Assembly: GCA_964506355.1 (NCBI GenBank)
Contig: CAZDLD010000003.1
Span: 1 to 42,623, forward strand
Reading direction: 5' to 3'
Length of the DNA: 42,623 bases
Source of the DNA: an uncultured Hydromonas sp.
Lineage (GTDB): Bacteria; Pseudomonadota; Gammaproteobacteria; Burkholderiales; Burkholderiaceae
The position numbers were made by a program, and so were the translations under genes. Position 1 is the stretch's first letter. Every line of letters begins with the position of its first letter. Of this stretch, positions 28,334-37,657 are shown in pieces. The notes beneath the pieces are model-generated. The model did no database searches, had not been told where the DNA came from, and saw only the letters and a list, made by a program, of their open reading frames with translations.

Positions 28334-28993
28334 TTGAAAAATATCGTCATTTTAATTTCGGGCGGCGGCAGCAATATGAAGGCCATCGTGGCGCACGCGC
28401 AAACATCCGCGTGGCAGTCCAAGGGCATTGCGCGCATCGCGGCAGTGGTGAGCAATCGCGCCGATGCCGCAGGGCTGGCGTATGCCGAGCAACAAGGAAT
28501 TGCGACCGTGGTGCTCTCGCACAAGGATTTTGCCACTCGTGAGGCGTATGACGCAGCGCTGATGGCGCGCATCGATGAGTTTGCTCCTGATTTGGTGGTG
28601 TTGGCGGGCTTCATGCGGATTTTGACGGCGTCGTTTACCGAGCATTATGCGCGCCGCATGTTCAATATTCATCCTTCGATTTTGCCGAATTTTAAAGGGC
28701 TGCACACCCATGAGCAGGCGATTGCCGCTGGGGTCAAGGTGCATGGCGCAACCGTGCATGGCGTGACCGCTGAGCTTGACCACGGCCCAATTGTGATGCA
28801 GTCGTGTGTACCTGTGTTGCCCACGGATGATGCAGATGCATTGGCCGCTCGTGTGCTCAAAACAGAGCACATGATTTACCCTCAAGTGGTTCAGTGGTGG
28901 GTGCAGGATGAACTTATTTGGGACGAGGCGGGCATACGTCTGAGTCCGAGCGTGGCAGCGAGCGCACAGGTGCTGTTTGCGCCCGAGTTGTGA
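28334..28993 (+). CDS. purN: phosphoribosylglycinamide formyltransferase
   Basis: 219 aa with a TTG start at 28334. Family stretches are VILISGGGSN, NIHPSILP and HGATVHGVTAELDHGPI. Confidence 0.92.
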   Translation: MKNIVILISGGGSNMKAIVAHAQTSAWQSKGIARIAAVVSNRADAAGLAYAEQQGIATVVLSHKDFATREAYDAALMARIDEFAPDLVVLAGFMRILTASFTEHYARRMFNIHPSILPNFKGLHTHEQAIAAGVKVHGATVHGVTAELDHGPIVMQSCVPVLPTDDADALAARVLKTEHMIYPQVVQWWVQDELIWDEAGIRLSPSVAASAQVLFAPEL

Positions 28994-29103
28994 ACTAAGC
29001 TTGGCCCTATCACTCATCAACAACATATCAATTACACGGTGTTGCGGCGCATATGTGGCACATGAGTTGTACATAAGCAGCACACCATCCATCAAGGAAT
29101 AAA

Positions 29104-30741
29104 ATGAGCGACGCAAAGAAAAAATCCTACAGCAAAAAACCGAGCAAGAAAGAACGCTTGGCCGCTGAACTGGCACAAAAAGAGCAACACGCACGTGTGC
29201 AAGCAGGTGGCGTGGTCATCCGTGCCGATGGCGTGGGCGTGAGCTCTGTGGCATTGGCCGCCCGTCAAAAAGCATTGCAAGCGGCCAAAGGTCAATCAGA
29301 ACCTGCGCTGCATGATTTTGGCGCCCCAGCAGGCGCGAGCAGTCGCGCACGCGGCAAGGCAAAAACCGATGCCAGCGCAAGCATCCCTAAAATCGAAGCC
29401 TCGCAGGATTCGGGCAAACGGCTGGCGCAGTGCCTGTGGTGTGCGCAAATTTTGCTCATCGATGTGTTGAAATTCGATGCCGCTGCGGACAAACAGGTCT
29501 CGATTTTCCTGCGCGCACACAAAGAGCTGGGTGCGCGTGACCGTCACATCGTCGCAGAAACAGTCTATGCGGTGCTGCGTCATCGCCGCGTGTTGGCGCA
29601 TTTGGCTCAGACGGGTTCGGGGGCGCTGGAGCGTCGCTTGGTCTTGCTCGCCGCGCAAAAAGTGGTGGACATGGACACGCTCAAAGCCGCGATTGCCGAA
29701 GAAGAATTCGCATGGGTGAGTGAAACTTTGAATGCGCCTGTGGATGGCTTGCCTGCGGCTGTGCGCAGCAATCTACCCGATGAGTGGTTCGCCGCGCTGG
29801 TCGCTGCGTATGGTGAGGCCGAGGCCTTGCAGTTGACTGCGTCATTGAATCAATCTGCGCCATTGGATGTGCGTGTGAACACCATCAAGTCCTCACGCGA
29901 AGCGGTGCAAATCGCTTTTGAACATGCGGGTATCGAATCAACGCTGTGCGAATTTGCGCCGCTGGGTCTGCGTTTGGTTAAAAAACCTGCACTGCAAAAA
30001 TTAGACGTGTTCCTCACGGGTGCGATTGAGGTGCAGGACGAGGGCAGTCAGCTGCTCACTCATCTGCTCGGCGCCAAGCGCGGCGAGATGGTGGCGGATT
30101 TTTGTGCGGGTGCGGGCGGCAAGACTTTGGCGATTGGTGCGATGATGCGCAACACAGGGCGCTTGTATGCGTTTGACGTGGCGGCGCATCGACTGGCCAA
30201 ACTCAAACCACGATTGGCACGAAGTGGTCTGTCAAATGTGCAAACCACCGCGATTGACAGTGAAAAAGACATCCGAATCAAGCGCCTGAATGGCAAGTTT
30301 GACCGTGTTCTGGTCGATGCACCGTGCAGTGGCTTGGGCACTTTGCGCCGCAATCCAGATTTAAAATGGCGTCATGGTTTGGACAGTGTGGCGCGTTTGG
30401 TAAAGGTTCAGGGCAGTATTTTGGACTCGGCAGCGCGACTGGTCAAATCGGGTGGGACTCTGGTCTACGCCACGTGCAGTGTGTTACCTGAGGAAAATCA
30501 AGGCATCGTGCAGGCGTTTTTGGCCGCACATCCTGAGTTTGAATTGGTGCCTGCGCGTGCGGTACTTGCAGCGCAAAAAATCGAGATTCCGCAGTCGGCT
30601 GAGCGTGAGGGTTGTTTGCAGTTATTGCCGCATTTGCACAACACCGATGGTTTTTTTGCCGCGTGTATGCAGCGCATCAAAACCGCTGCACCTGCTCAAG
30701 AACCTGTCATTGAGCCGTCGGACGACTCGACTGAACAGTGA
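29104..30741 (+). CDS. RsmB/NOP2-family RNA m5C methyltransferase with a Lys/Ala-rich N-terminal extension
   Basis: 545 aa with SD AAGGAA. It has the SAM site DFCAGAGGKT and the catalytic segments DAPCSGLGTLRRNPD and YATCS. The first ~100 aa are low-complexity and basic. Confidence 0.87.
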   Translation: MSDAKKKSYSKKPSKKERLAAELAQKEQHARVQAGGVVIRADGVGVSSVALAARQKALQAAKGQSEPALHDFGAPAGASSRARGKAKTDASASIPKIEASQDSGKRLAQCLWCAQILLIDVLKFDAAADKQVSIFLRAHKELGARDRHIVAETVYAVLRHRRVLAHLAQTGSGALERRLVLLAAQKVVDMDTLKAAIAEEEFAWVSETLNAPVDGLPAAVRSNLPDEWFAALVAAYGEAEALQLTASLNQSAPLDVRVNTIKSSREAVQIAFEHAGIESTLCEFAPLGLRLVKKPALQKLDVFLTGAIEVQDEGSQLLTHLLGAKRGEMVADFCAGAGGKTLAIGAMMRNTGRLYAFDVAAHRLAKLKPRLARSGLSNVQTTAIDSEKDIRIKRLNGKFDRVLVDAPCSGLGTLRRNPDLKWRHGLDSVARLVKVQGSILDSAARLVKSGGTLVYATCSVLPEENQGIVQAFLAAHPEFELVPARAVLAAQKIEIPQSAEREGCLQLLPHLHNTDGFFAACMQRIKTAAPAQEPVIEPSDDSTEQ

Positions 30742-30793
30742 ATTCTGGGTGGCGAACATCGGCTGATTTAGTGGGACTTGGGGAGGTTTATCG

Positions 30794-31447
30794 ATGCGAT
30801 TGGGACATGTGAAATATTGGGTGGTGGGTGTGTTGCTGCTGGCAATCGGCTTCGCGGCAGGCGGCTCGGTGCGCAGCTGGGCACAGGCCAAAACCAATTC
30901 CAGCGCCAATATCAATCCACCCAAATCCAATGATGATGCCCCAAAGAGCGCCGATGTGCGCTCGAGTACGGCGCTGATCACGGCCTTGTTCAGCCCTGAG
31001 GACAATATTCAAAAAACCCTCATCAACACCATTAACCATGCGCAACGCAATATCTTGGTTCAAGCGTATTTGTTCACGGATGATGATGTGGCCAATGCCC
31101 TCGTGCGGGCGCATCAGCGTGGTGTGAATGTGGAAATTCTGATGGATGCGCAGATGGTCGATGGCAGTAAAGGCTCGGATGTGCTGCGCTTTTATGAAGC
31201 GGGGATTCCTGTGCGGCTGGAAACGCGCTATGAAAATGCGCACAACAAAATCATGATTTTCGACCACGACACCGACAACGCTCTGGTGGTCACAGGCTCG
31301 TATAATTTCACCTACAGCGCCCAAAAACGCAATGCCGAGAACGTGGTGCTCATCCGCCGCGCACCGGAGCTGGTGCAGCGCTATGTGCAAAACTGGCGCC
31401 GCCATGCGGAACAAGCGATGCCGTTCTCGGGCAATTCAATATCATAA
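30794..31447 (+). CDS. phospholipase D-family single-HKD protein (Nuc-like endonuclease), exported
   Basis: 217 aa with SD GGGAGG and an N-terminal hydrophobic signal/anchor. The HKD motif is AHNKIMIFD...GSYNFT. Confidence 0.83.
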   Translation: MRLGHVKYWVVGVLLLAIGFAAGGSVRSWAQAKTNSSANINPPKSNDDAPKSADVRSSTALITALFSPEDNIQKTLINTINHAQRNILVQAYLFTDDDVANALVRAHQRGVNVEILMDAQMVDGSKGSDVLRFYEAGIPVRLETRYENAHNKIMIFDHDTDNALVVTGSYNFTYSAQKRNAENVVLIRRAPELVQRYVQNWRRHAEQAMPFSGNSIS

Positions 31448-31450
31448 ACC

Positions 31451-32770
31451 ATGAGCAATTTAGAACAGACCTTAATCCTCGATGACACCCCGGTGCAGGG
31501 CTTGCGTGCGCTGTGGGCGGAAATATCGCCGACCTCCATGGTGATTACCGTGTTGATTGTTGCTCTTGGGTTTTCGCTCACGTGGCTGGTGCGGCGGCTG
31601 TTCGCTCAGCGCGATTTGCAGCACAAAGTCCCCAACTGGGTCAATGTGCTCATGCGCATGACTTTGCCGTTTTTGCTCTGGTTGTTCGCCCACATCACCA
31701 TGCAGATTTATGCAGCGAAACATTTGACCACCATTTGGTTTGAGTTTTTGGCTTTGTTGTTTGGGGCGTGGTTCTTTGTGCGCTTGTTCTTGTACGTGGT
31801 GCGACGCGCTCTGCCTGAAGGCACGCGGCGCTCGACCATGGAGCGCGTGACCATCGTTGTGGTCTGGGGTGTGATGCTGCTGGACTATGTGGGCAAGCTC
31901 GATGGCATACTGGCTCGGCTCGATGGTTGGCACATCAAACTGGGCAATGCACAGTTGTCGGTATTGGATGGCTTGACCCTCATCACTGTGCTGCTGGTGT
32001 TGTGGTTGGTGGTGAAGTGGCTCATGCATGAGTTGGAAGACCTCTTGCTCAACGATCCGAATCATCAATTTGCCAAATTTGATTTGTCCGCGCGTTTGGT
32101 GCTGGTGCGGTTTCTCAAAGGACTGTTGGTGCTGGTGGCGATTTTGTTGAGTTTGTCTGCCTCGGGCATTGATTTGACCGTGTTGTCGGTATTCGGTGGC
32201 GCGTTGGGCGTGGGCATCGGCTTGGGCTTGCAAAAAATTGCCAGTAACTACGTGTCGGGCTTTGTGATGTTGTTCGAGCGCAGTGTGCGCATTGGCGATC
32301 TCATCAGCACATCGGATGGCACTCGTGGCTTTGTCCGCGCCATCAATGCGCGCTACACTTTGATAGAGGGTGCCAGTGGCGATGAGGTTTTGGTGCCGAA
32401 TGAGCATTTGGTGGTTAATCCCGTGGTCAACTGGTCGCTGCACGATAAGAAAAACTGGTTGAGTACGCGCTTACCGATTGCATACGACATTGATTTGGAC
32501 TTCATCATGCCCAAAATCATCGAGGCGGTCAAAGCCCTGCCTCGCGTATCGCAACAGCCCGCGCCGAATGTATTGCTCTCGTCCATCAGTGATAAGGGGT
32601 ATATTTTGGAAGTCACATGGTGGTTGGAAGACCCAGAAAACGGTCGTTTGAACATCATTTCAGAGGTGAATTTGGCGGCGTGGCGGGTGCTGCGTGCACA
32701 TAATGTGGATGTGTTTACCCTCAAGCCAGTGGGCGTCAGCGGCTCTGAAATTGGCTTGGGCTTGGAGTAA
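31451..32770 (+). CDS. mechanosensitive ion channel (MscS family)
   Basis: 439 aa. The start is 3 nt after the PLD-gene stop. Multiple TM helices precede the MscS pore/beta-domain stretch (GGALGVGIGLGLQKIASNYVSGFVMLFERSVRIGD). Confidence 0.9.
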   Translation: MSNLEQTLILDDTPVQGLRALWAEISPTSMVITVLIVALGFSLTWLVRRLFAQRDLQHKVPNWVNVLMRMTLPFLLWLFAHITMQIYAAKHLTTIWFEFLALLFGAWFFVRLFLYVVRRALPEGTRRSTMERVTIVVVWGVMLLDYVGKLDGILARLDGWHIKLGNAQLSVLDGLTLITVLLVLWLVVKWLMHELEDLLLNDPNHQFAKFDLSARLVLVRFLKGLLVLVAILLSLSASGIDLTVLSVFGGALGVGIGLGLQKIASNYVSGFVMLFERSVRIGDLISTSDGTRGFVRAINARYTLIEGASGDEVLVPNEHLVVNPVVNWSLHDKKNWLSTRLPIAYDIDLDFIMPKIIEAVKALPRVSQQPAPNVLLSSISDKGYILEVTWWLEDPENGRLNIISEVNLAAWRVLRAHNVDVFTLKPVGVSGSEIGLGLE

Positions 32771-32820
32771 ACGCTCACCTATGCTGTTTCTATGCACTTG
32801 TGTGTTGACGCACAGCGTAC

Positions 32821-32850
32821 AAAAAATCCCAGCCATGGCTGGGATTTTTC
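32821..32850. terminator. bidirectional rho-independent terminator
   Basis: aaaaaatcccagcc-at-ggctgggatttttc lies between convergent genes. Confidence 0.7.
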
Positions 32851-32901
32851 TTTGGTGCAATCAATGCAATGAATGCGATGGTCGCGGTTGCGTACACGCA
32901 A

Positions 32902-33873
32902 TCAGGGCTTTTCAGATTTTTTCAAACCCTTGATGGACACCTCGATGCGGCGGTTCGGATACAGACAGTCGGTCACGGCTTTGCCATGATCGCCTGGACA
33001 ATCGACGATTGGGTTGGCTGGGCCCCAGCCTTTCGTGACAATGCTGGGGTTGATGCCATGCTGTAAAAAATACTCTTTGACTGTGTTGGCACGCGCCAGA
33101 GACAAGCGCTCGTTGTATGCCACACTGCCAAAGCGGTCGGTGTAGCCGTCGATGGTGATGCTGTCGATGCGCTCAAATTCGGTTTTCATATACTTAACAA
33201 ATGTGGCGAGCTTGACGCGACCCTCTTCTTGCAAATCGTTGATGCCCGATTTATCAAACGCGAAGAAGCCATCACCGCCCAACACCACTTTTTCGGCTGG
33301 GGGTGATTGGCAAGGCTTGTTGGTATAGCGTGGGATGGTGTGCATTTGCAACAAACCCACGTCTTTGAGCTCACTGACTTGGCGAGGAAAGAGCAAAACT
33401 TGCCCACCACTGGATAAAATCGACTCAAAGAAATACACTTGTTTGTCCTGAGCGTTGAGCTTAGCTACCGTCATGGGCTTGGTGCGGTCTGCGTCATTGA
33501 CTGCTACACTGACACTATTGACGCCCACGCAGATGCTTTGAACGGTGTAGCCGCCCGGCATCAAACTGGCTTGATAGTCGCCATTCAAAAAGAACGACAA
33601 TAGGCTTGAATCCGAGCTGTTGGTCGCGCCGCCTGTGTTCGCTTGGGTGCGATAGATGACGATTTTCGCGCCATCAGATTTGGAGTCAAGCGTTTCAGCG
33701 GTGAGTTGTTCGCCGAATTGCTTGAAGTCCTTAGTCGACCAGTACGACTTTAGACTGGTGATGGGCTGAATGTCTTGTGCTGTCGCATACACATTGACTA
33801 GGCAAAGTACGCAGACGGCGGCAGTTTTGAGTAGGTTGGGTTTCATGATCAGTCTAATTGAGTAGTGTGTCAT
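32902..33873 (-). CDS. OmpA-family protein (N-terminal beta-rich domain + C-terminal OmpA_C peptidoglycan-binding domain)
   Basis: The ATG at 33871-73 directly abuts the upstream stop TAA. An alternative ATG at 33844-46 gives the signal peptide MKPNLLKTAAVCVLCLVNVYATAQ. The C-terminal part reads IDGYTDRFGSVAYNERLSLARANTVKEYF...NRRIEV. Confidence 0.85.
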   Translation of the reverse strand: MTHYSIRLIMKPNLLKTAAVCVLCLVNVYATAQDIQPITSLKSYWSTKDFKQFGEQLTAETLDSKSDGAKIVIYRTQANTGGATNSSDSSLLSFFLNGDYQASLMPGGYTVQSICVGVNSVSVAVNDADRTKPMTVAKLNAQDKQVYFFESILSSGGQVLLFPRQVSELKDVGLLQMHTIPRYTNKPCQSPPAEKVVLGGDGFFAFDKSGINDLQEEGRVKLATFVKYMKTEFERIDSITIDGYTDRFGSVAYNERLSLARANTVKEYFLQHGINPSIVTKGWGPANPIVDCPGDHGKAVTDCLYPNRRIEVSIKGLKKSEKP

Positions 33874-36030
33874 TTAAATGGTGGTGAAAATAAAGCTAGC
33901 ATCGGTTACCAAACCCACATAGCTCGACAAGTCGGCGATGGATGCGATGTTGAGTTGATCCAAAAAAATGTGCGCTGAGCGTCCGTCGTGATCTGCATCG
34001 ACCAAGGTGATGTCAGTCCAGTTGTCACTTGAGTTATAACTGACCGCCGCCACCACGTCCAAGAGATTGATTACGCTGTCCGAATTGGAATCAATGACAT
34101 CAAAAAAGTTGATGTTGTCTGAAGCAGTGCTAAAATCAGACAATATATTGATGTTACTGCCTACAGTATCCGAGATGCTGGAGCTTAACCAAAATTCGTC
34201 TCGACCCGAGTCACCGTTTACAGATTCGGATATGTCGCCACATATACGCGAAGCATGGGCACCCGATGGCAAATAAATCTTGTCGTCACCTAAGCCACCA
34301 ACTAGGTAATGCAATGTACTTTCAGCAAAAATTTTGTCATTGCCTGTGCCTGCATAAACTCCAGAATTGACAGCAAGCAAATCTATTTTGTCATTATCTG
34401 CACCTGTGTAAGCCAGAGTGTTATTTGTTGCCGCGGCCTCGATGGTAACGGTGTCTGAACCTTCGCCAGTGTAATTTGAACTGCCCATCGTGCTGATGCT
34501 TAGAGTGTCGTTCAAGCCGTAAATCTCTTTGTCACATGATAGATTAGTTACATTGGTGCCATCTTCAAACACAACATCAAACCCTGTGTCTGGAATAAAA
34601 CCCTGTGAAGGGTTTAGTCGGCTAGGTTGGTAACTGTATTGCGCCAAAGCGGCATCTAAATCACTTTGACTATGAATGCCAGTCAATACAACGCTGACTA
34701 GGGTCGTGCCGCTGCTATTCTTGAGTGTCCCTAAATCGCCAGCAGACAAGCTGATGGTAAGGCTGTAGCCATTCACAGAGGCACTATCGACATCGTGGAT
34801 GGTAAAGCCCAAGGTGTCCAAAGTGTGTGAAATAGGGCTAATCGTCGTAACCCCAGTGTTGACTACTGCGCCAGCGATGTTTTCATACCATTTAAGCGCA
34901 TTGGTGTCGTTGACGGTCAAAGTGGCAGCATCATCGATACCTGTGATGCTAATCGTGACGGTACTGCTGGACAAACCGTCCGTGCTGGTGACTACGAAGG
35001 ACTCGGTTAAGGTCTGCCCAGCGGATAGGGCTTCAACGACGGTGTCAGCGCTGTTCAAATCATAGGTCCAATTGCCAGATGTGTCTATGGTGAAACTACC
35101 GTGCACGCCACTGGTGTCGCTCCCTTGAGTGCCGCTTTGTGCTGTATCGGCATCGATCACGACGATGGTGCCCGTGGCTTGCAAAGTGGTATTTTCGACC
35201 ACATTGCCACTACCATCGGGGATGTCTGCTAAATCATTTACTCCGTTGATGGTAATGGTGACCACGTTGCTGGCAGAGCCATCTTTACTTTTCACCATAA
35301 ATGTTTCAATCATGGTGTCGCCTTCGCCCAAGGCTTGCACCGTTGAGTCGGTGGTGTCCAGCTGATAACTCCAATTACCTGCTGTGTCGATGACAAATGT
35401 GCCGTGTATGCCTTCGGCTGTGCCCGCTTGAGCACCGCTTTCACCCGCATCGGCATCCTTGATCGTGATGTGACCGCTCACGGGGGTTGTGGTGTCTTCG
35501 GTCAATGAGCCAGTACCCTTAGGGACGATGGCAACGCCGTTGGGGGATACTGTACTGCCACCACCGCCCGCAGCTGCCAGTGCGCCGAGCCCGAGCAGTC
35601 CCAACCAGCCCCAAGGCAGGCCAGCGGCTGATTCCACAGGGCCGAGCGCGTGCCAGACTCCCTGCTCACTTGTTAAGTTAGGGATGAATTCGGATTTTTG
35701 CCCTGCATCAGGCACGTAGTAATAGTATTCATCATTTTCGGCCAAACCAACCAGCCCTGCACTGTCCTGATCGTAGAAGTTTTGAATTACGATGTCTGGT
35801 TTTGCATTTTTTTGAAAAGCAATGGTGAGGTTTTGTCCATCACGTCGCACCAAAATGTTTTGTGGCGCATGGCCTGTTTGGGTGTCCAAAATACTAAACA
35901 AGGCCTTGGGCTCGGAATTAAGTGTCAAAGGCTTGTCAGTACTACCGCTGCCGACTGTGACCGTCTTACTTAATGGCGATTTGACGTTGTTCACAGTGAT
36001 TTGGATGGTGTTTGGCATAAGGTTATTCAA
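33874..36030 (-). CDS. type-I-secretion-style repeat adhesin (BapA-prefix-like N-terminus, 2 VCBS-type repeats, RTX-like Ca-binding motifs, T1SS C-terminal target-like tail)
   Basis: 718 aa. The N-terminal part reads ...VRRDGQNLTIAFQKNAKPDIVIQNFYDQD...EYYYYVPDAG...GLLGLGALAAAGGGG. Repeats at aa ~176-266 and ~277-365 contain HGTFVIDTAGNWSYQLD and HGSFTIDTSGNWTYDLN. RTX-like motifs are GTGNDKIFA and GGLGDDKIYL, and the C-terminal tail is acidic (NILSDFSTASDNINFFDVI). The track start is a TTG (36028-30) and the first ATG is at 36016-18. No clear SD precedes either start. Confidence 0.82.
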   Translation of the reverse strand: MNNLMPNTIQITVNNVKSPLSKTVTVGSGSTDKPLTLNSEPKALFSILDTQTGHAPQNILVRRDGQNLTIAFQKNAKPDIVIQNFYDQDSAGLVGLAENDEYYYYVPDAGQKSEFIPNLTSEQGVWHALGPVESAAGLPWGWLGLLGLGALAAAGGGGSTVSPNGVAIVPKGTGSLTEDTTTPVSGHITIKDADAGESGAQAGTAEGIHGTFVIDTAGNWSYQLDTTDSTVQALGEGDTMIETFMVKSKDGSASNVVTITINGVNDLADIPDGSGNVVENTTLQATGTIVVIDADTAQSGTQGSDTSGVHGSFTIDTSGNWTYDLNSADTVVEALSAGQTLTESFVVTSTDGLSSSTVTISITGIDDAATLTVNDTNALKWYENIAGAVVNTGVTTISPISHTLDTLGFTIHDVDSASVNGYSLTISLSAGDLGTLKNSSGTTLVSVVLTGIHSQSDLDAALAQYSYQPSRLNPSQGFIPDTGFDVVFEDGTNVTNLSCDKEIYGLNDTLSISTMGSSNYTGEGSDTVTIEAAATNNTLAYTGADNDKIDLLAVNSGVYAGTGNDKIFAESTLHYLVGGLGDDKIYLPSGAHASRICGDISESVNGDSGRDEFWLSSSISDTVGSNINILSDFSTASDNINFFDVIDSNSDSVINLLDVVAAVSYNSSDNWTDITLVDADHDGRSAHIFLDQLNIASIADLSSYVGLVTDASFIFTTI

Positions 36031-36341
36031 TGTCTGTAGTTAATAAGATATAGCTCATGCTGAAAATAAATAATCTAATAAAATTAGATAGTTACAAGGG
36101 TATTTTAAAGTATTTGATAAGTATAAGCCCGCCCGCAATTATTCGTCAAGACAAAAATAGTGAATTATGAGTGTCATGTCTCTTTTGAGAAAAATAAGTG
36201 TTTTTCAACACTAGAGAGTTGGCTCGTGGTCTTTGCATATGAGGATTTATGGCGCACGCGAGAAGTTAACGCGCAAAAATACTGGGGTAGTTGTGTAAAT
36301 CGGTTAGAATTTCACCATTATTTGAATTAAATGGCGAGACT

Positions 36342-37541
36342 ATGGACGCATTATTGATTTTTTTGGCTCAAGGCTTACTTGATTGGAGTGCTTGGGAAAT
36401 TTTTGCTTACACCGTGGTGGTGACACAAATCACCATTGCGGGTGTGACTTTATATTTGCACCGTTCTCAGGCGCATCGCGCCTTGGATTTGCATCCTGTA
36501 TTGGCACATTTTTTCCGCTTTTGGTTGTGGTTAACCACCGCGACCAACACCAAGGCTTGGGCGGCAATTCACCGCAAGCACCATGCCAAATGCGAGACCG
36601 AACAAGACCCACACAGCCCACAAACTCGCGGCATCAAAGCGGTGTTGTGGACGGGCGCCGAGTTGTATCAGGCTGAGGCCAAAAATCAAGAAACCTTAGA
36701 CCGCTACGGTCAAGGCACGCCCGATGATTGGATTGAGCGTCATTTGTACACGCCGTATCCAAACGTCGGCATCAGTTTGGTGCTGTTGATAAATTTTGCT
36801 TTGTTTGGGTTTTTGGGCATCACGGTGTGGGCGGTGCAAATGGCGTGGATTCCGTTTTGGGCGGCAGGGGTCATCAACGGTTTGGCGCATTATGTGGGCT
36901 ACCGCAATTTTGACTATCCGGATGCTTCGACCAATTTGTACCCCTTGGCGTTTATCGTTGGTGGTGAGGAGCTGCACAACAACCACCACACCTACCCAAC
37001 TTCGGCAAAATTTTCCATGCACTGGTTTGAGTTCGATATCGGCTGGATGTACATCACCATTTTGAGCGCGTTGGGTCTGGCGAAAGTGCGCAAAGCACCG
37101 CCCAAACCCGTATTCACATCGCCCAGCGCGTTGGACGAACACCGTTTGGACGCGGTTTTACGCTATCGCTATGATGTGATGGCGGCCTATGCCAAATCTT
37201 TGCGTGAAAATGTGCGCCACGAAATCGATCGTCTGCGTTCAAGCAACGACGCCATCGACGCGCAAGCCGCACAGGCTTTGGCCAAGGTGAGCAAACCGAT
37301 TTTGCGCGAGCCTGCACATATTTCTGCCGCGACCAGTGCGCAGGTCTCTCAAGCGGTGAGCGTAAGTCCAACCGTGCACACCATGTACGAGATGCGCGAT
37401 GAGTTGGCCAAGTTGTGGCAACGCTCGAATATGACGCGCGAGCAGCTTTTGGCTTTGTTGCGCGACTGGTGCGAGCGTGCCGAGCACAGTGGCATTGAAG
37501 CGCTGAGCAAAATGTCGGCGCGTCTGCGTTCATACAGCTGA
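36342..37541 (+). CDS. membrane fatty-acid (delta-9-type, DesA-like) desaturase
   Basis: Trimmed to the ATG at 36342 (MDALLIFL...). The three His boxes are HRSQAH, HRKHH and HNNHH. Confidence 0.88.
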   Translation: MDALLIFLAQGLLDWSAWEIFAYTVVVTQITIAGVTLYLHRSQAHRALDLHPVLAHFFRFWLWLTTATNTKAWAAIHRKHHAKCETEQDPHSPQTRGIKAVLWTGAELYQAEAKNQETLDRYGQGTPDDWIERHLYTPYPNVGISLVLLINFALFGFLGITVWAVQMAWIPFWAAGVINGLAHYVGYRNFDYPDASTNLYPLAFIVGGEELHNNHHTYPTSAKFSMHWFEFDIGWMYITILSALGLAKVRKAPPKPVFTSPSALDEHRLDAVLRYRYDVMAAYAKSLRENVRHEIDRLRSSNDAIDAQAAQALAKVSKPILREPAHISAATSAQVSQAVSVSPTVHTMYEMRDELAKLWQRSNMTREQLLALLRDWCERAEHSGIEALSKMSARLRSYS

Positions 37542-37657
37542 TTGAGCAGGCACGACGCTGAATTGAATCGATGGGGGCAACGTGTTTGCCCCTATCTTTT
37601 TGCCGCCGAAATCGGCTTGAAATACGCTACAATGCCAACCTATTATTGAAAGAATGT

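Noticed and set aside
36031-36341. The AT-rich 310-bp divergent region between the adhesin and desaturase genes, scanned for small ORFs, DesT-like operators and promoters.
   Set aside because: I found no convincing palindrome, no correctly spaced -35/-10 pair, and no small ORF with an SD. It is mentioned only as context for the adhesin block.
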